A stretch of DNA of 64,000 nucleotides from an uncultured Bacteroidales bacterium. Lineage in GTDB: Bacteria > Bacteroidota > Bacteroidia > Bacteroidales > CAYRRV01. Positions 30,283 to 39,474 of this stretch are shown here, one piece after another. The stretch spans positions 15,255 through 79,254 of the forward strand of contig CAYRRV010000009.1 in assembly GCA_964426725.1 (NCBI GenBank), given 5' to 3'. Position numbers and translations under genes: made by a program. Numbering within the stretch: the first letter of the stretch is position 1; the number at the start of each line of letters is the position of its first letter. The notes under the pieces were generated by a model. The model was not told the origin of the DNA. It saw nothing but the letters and a program-made list of their open reading frames with translations, and searched no databases.

Positions 30283-30651
30283 TTATTTGATCACTTTTCG
30301 AACAGCAGCCAGAAATTTCTCGTGAACAAAAGGTTTAATTATCCACCCTGTTGCCCCGGCTTTTTTTGCTTCAGTTTTCATGTTGTCCGCGTTATCTGTA
30401 GTCAGGAAAAGAATTGGCGTGGATTTGTATGCATCCAATTCCCGGGCATGTTTAATAAAATCGATACCATCCATCACCGGCATGTGCAAATCAGTTATGA
30501 TTAAATCAATTGAACGTCCATTTAGCATTCCCAAGGCATCTTGTCCATTTTCAGCGAATAGCACCTTGTAACCTGCATCTTCCAGTACAAAAATAATCAC
30601 GGCCCTGATTGATTCCGAATCATCAACAATCAGGATAGTTTGCTTATCCAT
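30283..30651 (-). CDS. cheY: Stand-alone CheY-like response regulator
   Basis: ILIVDDSESIR, ITDLHMPVMDG, LTT, GATGWIIKPF; start set at ATG 30651. Confidence 0.8.
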   Translation of the reverse strand: MDKQTILIVDDSESIRAVIIFVLEDAGYKVLFAENGQDALGMLNGRSIDLIITDLHMPVMDGIDFIKHARELDAYKSTPILFLTTDNADNMKTEAKKAGATGWIIKPFVHEKFLAAVRKVIK

Positions 30652-30768
30652 TGAATTTATCTTTTCACATTGGTCGTAGAATGGATTTATCACCACCCCT
30701 GCCTTTATGCAGTTTAATGTCTTTATACAAAAACGCGATAAAAAAGTTTTATTTTTTTAACCTGAAAT

Positions 30769-31947
30769 TTAATTATTTTTCTTGGTTAATTGTTCGAGAT
30801 CGGTTGGAATTCGTTCGTCAATTTCTTTTTCAGTGGTAATTTTTTTCATGGCCGACGGGGGGATGTATCCTTTTGATACCGCGTGCATTGCCGCTTCAAT
30901 GGTGTCTTTTACCAAAACCATGTCGATATCTTGTTCTCTAAGTTGTTGGATGATTGCTTTAACTTTCTTTTCTTTTTTTCTGGAACCAACATCCCTGATG
31001 TATATGCTCAGGATTCGTCCCGGGTTTTGCCTGACTACTTCCGTGTATATTTCTGGGTCGTGCTGCCCGCTATCGCCTATCAGGATGAACTTCAGGTGCG
31101 AATAAATAGCAAGGATGGTAGAAATTTTTTCTATCTTGTGTTCGTGATTCCCTCTTCCCGAGCGAATTAAATTATACAGGCTGGTGTGAAATTCCCGCAA
31201 CAGGAAAGGTCCCTTCGGAATGCCATGAATTTCACTAAAATCTGTAAGCAGGTCGTAGAGGTTCCATTCACTGCTGGAAACATAAAAAAGTGGATTATTG
31301 TTACCCTGATTATTGCCCTCGTGTAGTGCCTGATAGAAACCCGACACACCGGAGAATGGACTCCTGGTTCTCGCGTTTTTTAGAAGCATCAGCCTGAGTT
31401 TACGAACTGTAGTGGTAGAATGGGTAACCAGAAAAGTATCATCTACATCACTGATTATCCCGTACTCCGTGTTTTCACCGGTAAACAAGACCTCACCGAT
31501 ATCTTTAACCCTGGTTTCTGTATGCGTGTGCGCGTCTAATAGGAAACTTGCCCTTTCCCATCGGATATTCCTGTCGGGTGTGTAATTTTTAACAGGAAAG
31601 ATGATATTAAACTGACCATCTTCATCTGTTATCACCTCCTTGTCCTGCCCATTGAAAGATATAATTACCTTTTCATCGGGAAATTCATCTCCAGCATATC
31701 TTTTAATCATGGTAAGGAGATTTTTCCAAACCGATTGGTTAATGTCAGGTTTTTCAAGGCCTTTATCTTCTATCACGATTCCCCGGATATATGCCAGATT
31801 TTCATTCCCGTATCCCCTGTATGCTACTATTTTTGGGACACCAAGCCATCCCAGTTGTTTTTTGATTTTCAGTTTCAGGTATAAATAAGGCTTTTTAACA
31901 GACTTCGCGATTTTTATCAGCAAGTGTTTAATTCGAGTAATATGCAT
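30769..31947 (-). CDS. App1-family phosphatidate phosphatase (DUF2183)
   Basis: IISDVDDT, FYVSSSEWNLYD, LIGDSGQHDPEIY, IYIRDV. Confidence 0.88.
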   Translation of the reverse strand: MHITRIKHLLIKIAKSVKKPYLYLKLKIKKQLGWLGVPKIVAYRGYGNENLAYIRGIVIEDKGLEKPDINQSVWKNLLTMIKRYAGDEFPDEKVIISFNGQDKEVITDEDGQFNIIFPVKNYTPDRNIRWERASFLLDAHTHTETRVKDIGEVLFTGENTEYGIISDVDDTFLVTHSTTTVRKLRLMLLKNARTRSPFSGVSGFYQALHEGNNQGNNNPLFYVSSSEWNLYDLLTDFSEIHGIPKGPFLLREFHTSLYNLIRSGRGNHEHKIEKISTILAIYSHLKFILIGDSGQHDPEIYTEVVRQNPGRILSIYIRDVGSRKKEKKVKAIIQQLREQDIDMVLVKDTIEAAMHAVSKGYIPPSAMKKITTEKEIDERIPTDLEQLTKKNN

Positions 31948-32010
31948 TTTATTTTATCATTTCGTTAAACATTTTACTAAATTTATCCTTATTTAAGAAA
32001 TACAAGAAAC

Positions 32011-32973
32011 GTGCAAATGGTATATCATTCATCTACAAGTAACAATAAAACCTGCCTTTTCGTTCTGAATCCCATTTCGGGAAATTTTGATAAAGAAGAT
32101 TTGCGAAAATGGTTGAAGGATTATGCTACCAAAAATTCACTTGAATTCTGGTTTCATGAAACAACAGGATCCGGTGAAGAGGCAGCGTTGTTGACGGGAT
32201 CGATAGAAAAGTACAAACCATCTTGCCTTGTTGCCGTGGGAGGTGATGGTACAGTCAATCTCGTGGCAAAAGTTGCAAAAGAAGTAAAAATTCCTATTGG
32301 GATATTTCCCATGGGTAGTGCAAACGGTCTCGCCACTGAACTTGATATTCCTTTTAACCGGGAAGAAGCATTGGATGTTGTTCTCCATGGGGCAATAATA
32401 CGGATTGACATTTTAAATATTAATAAGCGTGAAATAGTTCTTCATTTATGTGACGTGGGTTTGAATGCCCGGGTAATTAAGCGGTTTGAGAAAGCTGTAA
32501 TCCGTGGATTCATTGGTTACATGGGGCAGTATTTCAAGGAATTATTTGATGTTAAGACCACGCGGTTCATGTTAATTGTTAATGGGCAAAAATTCAAGAC
32601 CAAAGCTATTATGGTCGTTATTGCCAATGCTTCGAAATATGGTACGGGAGCGATTATCAACCCTCCTGGAAAAATCAATGACGGTTCTTTTGAGGTTATA
32701 TTTATTAAACCTTATCCATTTTGGTATATATTTAAATTAATCGTGGTGTTTTTCACGGGCACGCTTCATAAAAACCGGTACGTGAAACTCTTTAGTTGTA
32801 AAAAAGCAACCCTGATCAATTACGGGCGACAACCCATGCAGGTAGATGGGGAGCCGGTGAAGACAAAACGCGAGATTGAAATCTCGATTGAACCTGCTGC
32901 CTTGCAGGTAAAAGTTCCCAGTCAGAATTTATTGTTAAACCAAAAAAGTACCAACAAGAATAATTCCCAGTAA
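32011..32973 (+). CDS. Diacylglycerol/lipid kinase family (YegS/DAGK-like)
   Basis: NPISG, VGGDGTVN, PMGSANGLA, QVDGE. Confidence 0.9.
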   Translation: MQMVYHSSTSNNKTCLFVLNPISGNFDKEDLRKWLKDYATKNSLEFWFHETTGSGEEAALLTGSIEKYKPSCLVAVGGDGTVNLVAKVAKEVKIPIGIFPMGSANGLATELDIPFNREEALDVVLHGAIIRIDILNINKREIVLHLCDVGLNARVIKRFEKAVIRGFIGYMGQYFKELFDVKTTRFMLIVNGQKFKTKAIMVVIANASKYGTGAIINPPGKINDGSFEVIFIKPYPFWYIFKLIVVFFTGTLHKNRYVKLFSCKKATLINYGRQPMQVDGEPVKTKREIEISIEPAALQVKVPSQNLLLNQKSTNKNNSQ

Positions 32974-33327
32974 AATAATCAAGAGCATCCAGAAATAGGC
33001 CCCCGTTTTCCCTATTTTCTTGCTTTCTTTCAGTTCTTCCGGCTTATCCTTGTTTTCTTCATTCTCTTCCCTGGAAGGAACTCTTTCTGCAGCAACGAGT
33101 AGGAATCCAAATAACAACCCGATTACCAGTAACGAAATATAGCGATAATCCTTCCATTCAGGTCCGGAGGGCAAGATCCATAGTTCAGAAGCCCAAACTG
33201 CCAGAAAAATCACCAGGAAAAATGTCCAGATATTTCCCCAGGGTCCTTTTCTTTTAAATCCAAATCTGAAAATAACAGTTAACAATACAGAAATAAGAAA
33301 TGCAATAATTATGTTTTCTAAAGTCAT
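32935..33327 (-). CDS. Uncharacterised 4-TM membrane protein (GPWG / W..P.GP motifs); paralog of 45982..46359
   Basis: Four hydrophobic segments; motifs shared with 45982..46359. Confidence 0.7.
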   Translation of the reverse strand: MTLENIIIAFLISVLLTVIFRFGFKRKGPWGNIWTFFLVIFLAVWASELWILPSGPEWKDYRYISLLVIGLLFGFLLVAAERVPSREENEENKDKPEELKESKKIGKTGAYFWMLLIILLGIILVGTFLV

Positions 33328-33345
33328 AAAGGGTGTATTTCAAAA

Positions 33346-33519
33346 TTATTTTCTTTTAGCTTTCCATTCCCTGGCCCTGCTAATAGCCGTGGGTATCGCG
33401 ATGGACTCTTCCAGGTTTTTTTTCCTGATTAGTTGATTGGCTATCTCAATTGCTTTTTCCCGGATTTCAGGTGCGAGATTTTTCATAGAATCAGGGTAAT
33501 TATTTTTATCCCAAACCAT
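33346..33519 (-). CDS. 57-aa ChaB/YdaT(DUF2188 N-terminal)-like small protein
   Basis: Not in the ORF track. MVWDKNNYPDSMKNLAPEIREKAIEIANQLIRKKNLEESIAIPTAISRAREWKAKRK matches the W...YP.SMKNL....R.KAI.IAN...A.EW pattern as I recall it. Confidence 0.75.
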   Translation of the reverse strand: MVWDKNNYPDSMKNLAPEIREKAIEIANQLIRKKNLEESIAIPTAISRAREWKAKRK

Positions 33520-33544
33520 AATAAAAACTTTTTACGGTTTATTC

Positions 33545-33560
33545 TTCAAGAATTATTCCA
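33545..33560 (-). promoter_or_regulatory. Sigma-54-like box upstream of the 57-aa gene
   Basis: TGGAATAATTCTTGAA on the minus strand, canonical spacing, 26 nt from the ATG. Confidence 0.5.
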
Positions 33561-33583
33561 AGTGTCCGGTTGAATATTGCATG

Positions 33584-33617
33584 AAAAAGCAATGGGCAGA
33601 TTCGCGAGATTTGCCCC
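33584..33617 (-). terminator. Probable terminator of the encapsulin operon
   Basis: Imperfect GGGCAGAT..ATTTGCCC inverted repeat with a nearby T-run on the minus strand. Confidence 0.4.
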
Positions 33618-33640
33618 GTAGTTTAATACAACTGGTCAGA

Positions 33641-34441
33641 TTATTTTTTAAACATCATAATAGCATTTGGATCCATTATCATGAAGGTAAATGATTCCAT
33701 GAAATACAGGTTTACATCGTTATTTTGGACCGAGTTAAATCCAATGGATAGGTCCTGTCCAAGGACGAGCCGGAAATCCCCACCTCTTTTGGAGACCAGG
33801 AAGGTATCATGGATAAAAGGACTGATAATAACAGGTCCGCCAAGTAATTGTTGTTCAATCTGTTTTAGTAATGGATAACCTTTAATATAGCTGGCTACTT
33901 TTTCCCATTTACCTGTATTCATGATCAACGCGTAAGGACCTTCAATGTAGCTGTTTTTGAACCGGACAATACCCTCGGACACAGCTTCCGTAATTTTCTC
34001 CGGGTCATCAGGAAATTCCTGGATCTCATGTTCAGTTTTTTCTCTCAGCCCCTTGATGTTTGCCTCGCTGAGGCCATAATAAATTGCTTTCTCTTCGAAG
34101 AGAGCTATTTCCCGGGCGGCTTTTTCAAGAGGTTCCAGTTCAATATCTTCTGCACCTCTGACGGAATTATCCAGTTCCCAAATATCAAGGGTGAAAGGAA
34201 TTCGGCACTCGATCAATGGGTGGACCTGGTGAATGCCGAATTTAACCGGGTTTTTTTCCTGTCCCTCGGGGACATGTAGTCTTCCCCTTGCAACAGCACC
34301 GAAATCGAGACCATGGGGGCCTTCAACATCGACAAATTTTCTTGCTGATAATACATTTTTAAATACGCTTGTGGCTTGTTCATTGATTTCTTTCCACGCT
34401 TCATCGGTAATGGGAGCGAGTGTTTTTTTAAAAATATCCAT
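33641..34441 (-). CDS. Family 1 encapsulin shell protein (linocin M18-like)
   Basis: MDIFKKTLAPITDEAWKEINEQA, ARKFVDVEGPHG, EEKAIYYG, RGGDFRLVLGQDLSIG, ESFTF; start set at ATG 34441. Confidence 0.93.
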   Translation of the reverse strand: MDIFKKTLAPITDEAWKEINEQATSVFKNVLSARKFVDVEGPHGLDFGAVARGRLHVPEGQEKNPVKFGIHQVHPLIECRIPFTLDIWELDNSVRGAEDIELEPLEKAAREIALFEEKAIYYGLSEANIKGLREKTEHEIQEFPDDPEKITEAVSEGIVRFKNSYIEGPYALIMNTGKWEKVASYIKGYPLLKQIEQQLLGGPVIISPFIHDTFLVSKRGGDFRLVLGQDLSIGFNSVQNNDVNLYFMESFTFMIMDPNAIMMFKK

Positions 34442-34451
34442 ATTTATTTTT

Positions 34452-34790
34452 TTAAAGTTTTCCAATTTTCAGGTTATTAACATTTTTATTTTCTTCTTTC
34501 TCTTCATCCTCGAGTTCAGTAATTTCACCCTCCGTGAAGAGATAGGTGCGAAGTTCTTCATCCCATTGATCCATGTTTCGCCTGAGCCATTCCAGTGTCA
34601 TGCAGGCATGTTCGATTTCCTCGTCCCTGTTATGGGCCAGGATTTTTTTAAGACCTTCATCCGTGGCCGTATCAACTCTTTGCTGGTACCAGTCAATGGC
34701 TTCAATTTCTTCTTTGAGGCTATTCAAAGCCCTCGTGAAATCACGGGTTTTATTATTCAATTCTCCCGCTGGTTCATGATAATTTGACAT
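34452..34790 (-). CDS. Encapsulin-associated ferritin-like protein (EncFtn/Flp) with C-terminal targeting peptide
   Basis: EEIEAIDWYQQR, HNRDEEIEHACMTLEWLRR ferroxidase motifs; acidic linker then LKIGKL, similar to the LxIGSL cargo-loading motif. Confidence 0.93.
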   Translation of the reverse strand: MSNYHEPAGELNNKTRDFTRALNSLKEEIEAIDWYQQRVDTATDEGLKKILAHNRDEEIEHACMTLEWLRRNMDQWDEELRTYLFTEGEITELEDEEKEENKNVNNLKIGKL

Positions 34791-34815
34791 AATTTATTTT
34801 TTTGTTTAACAATGT

Positions 34816-35025
34816 TTATTTTCGTTTTATCAGCATTAATATTAGTCCCAGAATAAAGACAACACCACTCAGAATTACCGGAATAATATTACCCCTGGAG
34901 ATAATAACATCAGTGTTAAAAATCTGAAATGCTTCAACTTGTTCCTTGAATCTAACGTAGAAATAAATAACACCAATTAATCCAATCAGGAGAAGAATTA
35001 TTCCAATAACTTTCGTGTTTTTCAT
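34816..35025 (-). CDS. Small two-TM membrane protein, first gene of the encapsulin operon
   Basis: MKNTKVIGIILLLIG...PVILSGVVFILGLILMLIKRK; start set at ATG 35025. Confidence 0.65.
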   Translation of the reverse strand: MKNTKVIGIILLLIGLIGVIYFYVRFKEQVEAFQIFNTDVIISRGNIIPVILSGVVFILGLILMLIKRK

Positions 35026-35098
35026 TCGTTTTATATTATGAATTATTTCCTCTAAACACAATTTATCTATTCGGCGATACAGAAGATGTATTGATCAA

Positions 35099-35114
35099 TA
35101 CAATATTGCTGCCA
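35099..35114 (-). promoter_or_regulatory. Sigma-54-like box driving membrane protein-Flp-encapsulin
   Basis: TGGCAGCAATATTGTA on the minus strand, canonical GG..TTG spacing. Confidence 0.55.
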
Positions 35115-35165
35115 TCCTGTTTTATGCTAAATTTCCTTCTAAACTTTTATTTAAATCGTTTTTAA

Positions 35166-35191
35166 TGTGGAATAAATGCCCCAATTCCACA
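35166..35191. promoter_or_regulatory. Palindromic candidate enhancer (bEBP site) between divergent encapsulin and otsAB promoters
   Basis: TGTGGAAT-N10-ATTCCACA containing GTGG-N8-CCCC; related motifs at 41186 and 46606-46641. Confidence 0.5.
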
Positions 35192-35312
35192 AAAAGAGTC
35201 ATATTATAAACATTTCAGGCAAAATGGAAATTATTTCGTGGTAAGAAAAATAGTGAGTAATCCTTTTCTAACCCGTAATTTATCGTTATTTTAAGACCAA
35301 ATATGTTTTAGC

Positions 35313-35328
35313 GGGAATGAATTTTGAA
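35313..35328 (+). promoter_or_regulatory. Sigma-54-like box upstream of otsAB
   Basis: GGGAATGAATTTTGAA, canonical spacing, 24 nt before the ATG. Confidence 0.5.
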
Positions 35329-35352
35329 AAAACACAGGTATAATCTAAATAA

Positions 35353-37560
35353 ATGGGAAAAGTAATCATCGTATCTAACAGGTTGCCGGTAAGTATTAGC
35401 AAAAAAGGCACGGAAATTATCGTTCAACCCAGCATGGGGGGATTGGCAACCGGCATGAAGTCTTTTTATAAATCGTACGAGAGTATATGGATTGGTTGGC
35501 CAGGTTTGGTTTTAAACAGGACAAATAAAAAAGAAAGAGACGAAATAACCGGGAAGTTGAAAGAAGAAAAGTGCGCGCCGGTATTTCTTTCACAAAAGCA
35601 GATCAATCAATATTACCTTGGATTTTCTAACAAAACAGTGTGGCCTTTATTTCATTATTTCCCGCAATACACGGTTTATCAGGAAAATTTATGGGATACT
35701 TACAGGAAAGTTAATCAAATTTTTGCTGATGAGATAATGAAATTCGCCAGTGAAGATGATATCATTTGGATACATGATTATCATTTGCTTTTGTTACCCG
35801 AGATGGTCAGGAAAAAAATGCCCGGGGTTACCATTGGATTTTTCCTGCATATTCCGTTTCCCAGTTTTGAAATATTCAGGCTCTTGCCCTGGCGTAAAGA
35901 AATTTTAAAAGGCATCCTGGGCGCTGACCTTGTAGGTTACCATACTTATGATTACCAGCGACACTTTATTAGTAGCGTGAGGAGGATATTTGGCAAAGAA
36001 GTCGTGTTCAATCAGATCATGCATGGCAGGCGAAAAGTTAAAGTTGATGCCTTTCCAATGGGAATTGATTACAATAAATTTCAAGCTGAAGCGAAAAGCC
36101 GGGCAGAATTGCCTTTTAGCAAAATGTCGAAGTTCCAGCAGGCCATGAAAAGATTTCGAAATCAGGATAAAGAAAAGCGGGTGATTCTTTCTATTGATCG
36201 ATTGGATTACTCGAAAGGGATTCCAAACAGGCTGGAAGCATACGAGCATTTCCTTGAAAAAAATCCGAAATACAGGGAAAAAGTTATTTTGATTATCGTG
36301 GCGGTACCATCGCGTACAAACGTGGAGCATTACCAGTTATTGAAAAAAAACGTGGATGAACTCGTGGGCCGGATTAATGGCCGTTTTGGTACTATTAACT
36401 GGGTGCCCATCTGGTATCATTACCGCGGGTTCCAGTTCGAAAGACTTACCGAGTTATATAATCAGGCAGATATAGGTTTATTAACACCCATCAGAGACGG
36501 GATGAATCTTATCGCGAAAGAATATATCGCTTGTAAAACAGATAACGAAGGTGTACTTATTCTTTCTGAGATGGCTGGTGCATCAAAGGAACTTGGGGAA
36601 GCACTCATTGTCAACCCGAACGACAATAAGGAGATTGCCAACGCGATACTGGAAGCAATAAAAATGCCCCGGAAAGAACAAATCCGGAGAAACCAGGTTA
36701 TGCAAAAACGCCTGGAACGTTACAATGTTGAGAGTTGGGCACAGGATTTCATGCATAATTTGAACAAAATGCATTCCCAAAAAAAGGCAACAGTAGATAA
36801 AAAGCTTTGTAATGAAGATAATCATAGTATTCTGAACGATTATAAAAAAGCATCCACGCGATTAATCCTACTCAATTATGACGGGACACTGATTGACCCG
36901 GGTAAAAGAAAATCGGACGTTCCTGACAGGCAACTGCGGGATCTTATTGCAAGACTTACAAGGTCTGAGAAAAATAAGATAATACTGGTAAGCAGCAGGG
37001 AAAAAGAATTTCTTGAAAAATACTTTGACGAGTATAATATTACCTTAATCGCTGATAACGGGGTATACATTAAAGATGAATTTGATGATTGGGAAATCAT
37101 CGAGAGTTTATCAAACGAGTGGAAAGATGATATCAGACCGGTACTGCAAATATACATGGACCGCACACCAGGAACCACTATTATTGAAAAGGATTATTGT
37201 TTATCATGGGATTACTCCGGCGCTGAGCATGAATTCGGTAATATCCGGGCCTGGGAGTTAAAAGATGAGTTGCTCGGCTTGATCGCTAATTACAACCTGC
37301 AAATCATTGACGAGGGGAAAGTGGTGGAAGTAAAGCCTTTTAATATCAACAAGGGCCGGATTATCGTTGACAAGATTTTACATTATGGATGGGATTTTAT
37401 TATTGGTTTCGGGGATGACTGGACCGATGAATATATCTTCGAAGTACTTCCTGATTATGCCTATTCCGTGAAAGTAGGCTGGCAGACATCCAGGGCCAAA
37501 TGTCATGTGGATTCAGTTAAAGAAGTGAGGACTTTATTGGACGAAATGAGCAGGATTTGA
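35353..37560 (+). CDS. otsA: Trehalose-6-phosphate synthase / phosphatase fusion (HAD motif I altered to NYDGT)
   Basis: VSNRLP, GGLATG, IWIHDYHL, HIPFP, IDRLDYSKG, RDGMNLIAKE; C-terminal HAD-IIB LLNYDGTL...GDDWTDE. Confidence 0.93.
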   Translation: MGKVIIVSNRLPVSISKKGTEIIVQPSMGGLATGMKSFYKSYESIWIGWPGLVLNRTNKKERDEITGKLKEEKCAPVFLSQKQINQYYLGFSNKTVWPLFHYFPQYTVYQENLWDTYRKVNQIFADEIMKFASEDDIIWIHDYHLLLLPEMVRKKMPGVTIGFFLHIPFPSFEIFRLLPWRKEILKGILGADLVGYHTYDYQRHFISSVRRIFGKEVVFNQIMHGRRKVKVDAFPMGIDYNKFQAEAKSRAELPFSKMSKFQQAMKRFRNQDKEKRVILSIDRLDYSKGIPNRLEAYEHFLEKNPKYREKVILIIVAVPSRTNVEHYQLLKKNVDELVGRINGRFGTINWVPIWYHYRGFQFERLTELYNQADIGLLTPIRDGMNLIAKEYIACKTDNEGVLILSEMAGASKELGEALIVNPNDNKEIANAILEAIKMPRKEQIRRNQVMQKRLERYNVESWAQDFMHNLNKMHSQKKATVDKKLCNEDNHSILNDYKKASTRLILLNYDGTLIDPGKRKSDVPDRQLRDLIARLTRSEKNKIILVSSREKEFLEKYFDEYNITLIADNGVYIKDEFDDWEIIESLSNEWKDDIRPVLQIYMDRTPGTTIIEKDYCLSWDYSGAEHEFGNIRAWELKDELLGLIANYNLQIIDEGKVVEVKPFNINKGRIIVDKILHYGWDFIIGFGDDWTDEYIFEVLPDYAYSVKVGWQTSRAKCHVDSVKEVRTLLDEMSRI

Positions 37561-37571
37561 AAAAAGAAGCC

Positions 37572-38651
37572 TTATTTGTTTTGTTTTTCCTTCTTTTTTT
37601 TATCCTTATTTTTTGAAAATATTCTGAATATCCAACTCCTGTCCAGGGTTTCTGTCAATTCTGAAACATTTTGGGCTCCACTGCTTATGTTTTGAATAGC
37701 GATGGCGAAAGAATCAGCAAAAGCACTGTCGATCAGTAGTTTATTAATTAATCCCTCGCCGCTTGTAATTTTGGTGGTGATTTTATCCAGGTTTTCCGTT
37801 GTGTTTCTTGTATTGGTGCTGGTTTTTTGGAGGTTTTGACTAATTATTTTCAGGTTGGCTGAAAGAGCGGTATCCGTGAATAATTTACCAAAGATACCTT
37901 CTCCCTGGTTTATTTTTTTAGTAATTGTTGAGAAATCTTCTGAAATCGCGGCAAGATTTTTCCCGCTCTGTTCCAGTTGGCTTCCTAAGGATGTATCATT
38001 CAACAATTTGCCCAAAACGCCTTTTTCGTTTTCAATGGTAGCTGACATTTTCCTGATATCCTCGGTAATCCGGAAAACGTTTTCTCCAGCGTTATCAAGG
38101 TTCATGAGCATGGTAGTGTCGCCAAATATTTTCCCGAAGATACCTTCCCCGCGGTTTATTTTTCCGGTGATGCCTACCAGGTTTTCAGAAATCCTGGCAA
38201 CGTTGGTGCTTGATTCTTTAACATCTCGGAGTATGTCATCCATTTCCACGGGTTCGAGTGAGGCAATACGATCTTCATCTTTTATAATCTCGGTTTCCAT
38301 GTTGCCAGGAATAATACTGACAGTTCTGCTTCCCATTAGTCCTTCTGTTTCAATGGAAGCCTTTGAATTTTCCCGTATGAATTTTCTGACATTTTCTCTT
38401 ACCAGCATTTCGACTTGTACGGTTGAGTCGTTCAAAATAATAATATCATTTACAGTTCCGACATTAATTCCCGAGAACCGGACATTATTTCCAACCTTAA
38501 GGCCTTTCACGTTCTCGAAATTGGAGTAGATTTTAAAGTAATTGCCAAACAGGCTTTGTTCCCGGCCTATAAAGTAGATAATAACCACCAGAAGCCCCAG
38601 GCCAACAAGTACAAACAGGCCTAATTTTATACTATCTTTTACTTTTACCAT
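37572..38651 (-). CDS. mlaD: MlaD/MCE family protein
   Basis: N-terminal TM, GLKVGNNVRFSGINVGTV, TEGLMG, repeated GEG..GKL helical units. Confidence 0.88.
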   Translation of the reverse strand: MVKVKDSIKLGLFVLVGLGLLVVIIYFIGREQSLFGNYFKIYSNFENVKGLKVGNNVRFSGINVGTVNDIIILNDSTVQVEMLVRENVRKFIRENSKASIETEGLMGSRTVSIIPGNMETEIIKDEDRIASLEPVEMDDILRDVKESSTNVARISENLVGITGKINRGEGIFGKIFGDTTMLMNLDNAGENVFRITEDIRKMSATIENEKGVLGKLLNDTSLGSQLEQSGKNLAAISEDFSTITKKINQGEGIFGKLFTDTALSANLKIISQNLQKTSTNTRNTTENLDKITTKITSGEGLINKLLIDSAFADSFAIAIQNISSGAQNVSELTETLDRSWIFRIFSKNKDKKKKEKQNK

Positions 38652-38700
38652 TCTATTTTTTACTTTTTAAAATTCGTTTAAAAAATTATAGGGTATCATT

Positions 38701-39468
38701 TCAGGTATATGAGAAAAAAGATCGTACCAGTTTTTTTTCCGAATTTTCCAATTCCTTGTATTGTCCGCCGGCAATAAATTTCCCATCGTGCAGTATCATG
38801 ATTTTATCTGCTGTTTGTTCCGCGCATTTCATATCGTGGGTTACAATAAGCGATGAAGTCTTGAATTTTTTATTAATTCGTTGCATTAATTCACTGATTT
38901 CTGAAGAAGTAACCGGGTCCAGGCCGGTAGTTGGTTCATCGTAAAATATAATTTCAGGTTTAAGCATCAGGGTCCTGGCTAAGCCTATTCTTTTTTTCAT
39001 TCCGCCCGAGAGTTCCGAGGGCATCTTGTTGATGGCATCTTCCAGGCCTACATTTGAAAGGGCATCGAGGACTTCGTCTTCAATTTTATTTTCATCGATC
39101 ATGATTTTATTTTGCTTTAGCGGGAAAGACAGGTTATCCCGGACAGTCATGCTGTCGTACAGGGCGCCTCCCTGAAATAAATAACCTATTCTTAACCTGA
39201 GTTGATTTAATTCAGGTTCGTCCAGGGTATCAATATCCTTACCAAGCAGGTTAATTTTCCCTTCATCCGGGGGTATCAAGCCCACGATACATTTTAATAA
39301 AACGGATTTTCCTGTTCCCGACCTTCCAAGAATCGCGATATTATTAGTTTTATGCAGTTGTAAATCGATTTTATTCAAAATTGTCAGGTTCCCGAAAGAT
39401 TTTGACATACCCTTCAAGTCAATTACAACTTCATTATCCTGGTTATTTTTTTTCTTTTTTTCCTGCAT
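38701..39468 (-). CDS. mlaF: MlaF-type ABC transporter ATPase
   Basis: GRSGTGKS, FQGGALYDSM, LSGGMKKR, YDEPTTGLDP. Confidence 0.9.
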   Translation of the reverse strand: MQEKKKKNNQDNEVVIDLKGMSKSFGNLTILNKIDLQLHKTNNIAILGRSGTGKSVLLKCIVGLIPPDEGKINLLGKDIDTLDEPELNQLRLRIGYLFQGGALYDSMTVRDNLSFPLKQNKIMIDENKIEDEVLDALSNVGLEDAINKMPSELSGGMKKRIGLARTLMLKPEIIFYDEPTTGLDPVTSSEISELMQRINKKFKTSSLIVTHDMKCAEQTADKIMILHDGKFIAGGQYKELENSEKKLVRSFFSYT

Positions 39469-39474
39469 TTTTCA

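Noticed and set aside
37700-38200. Repeated GEG(I/L)FGKL units in MlaD
   Set aside because: Protein-level helical repeats typical of long MlaD proteins.
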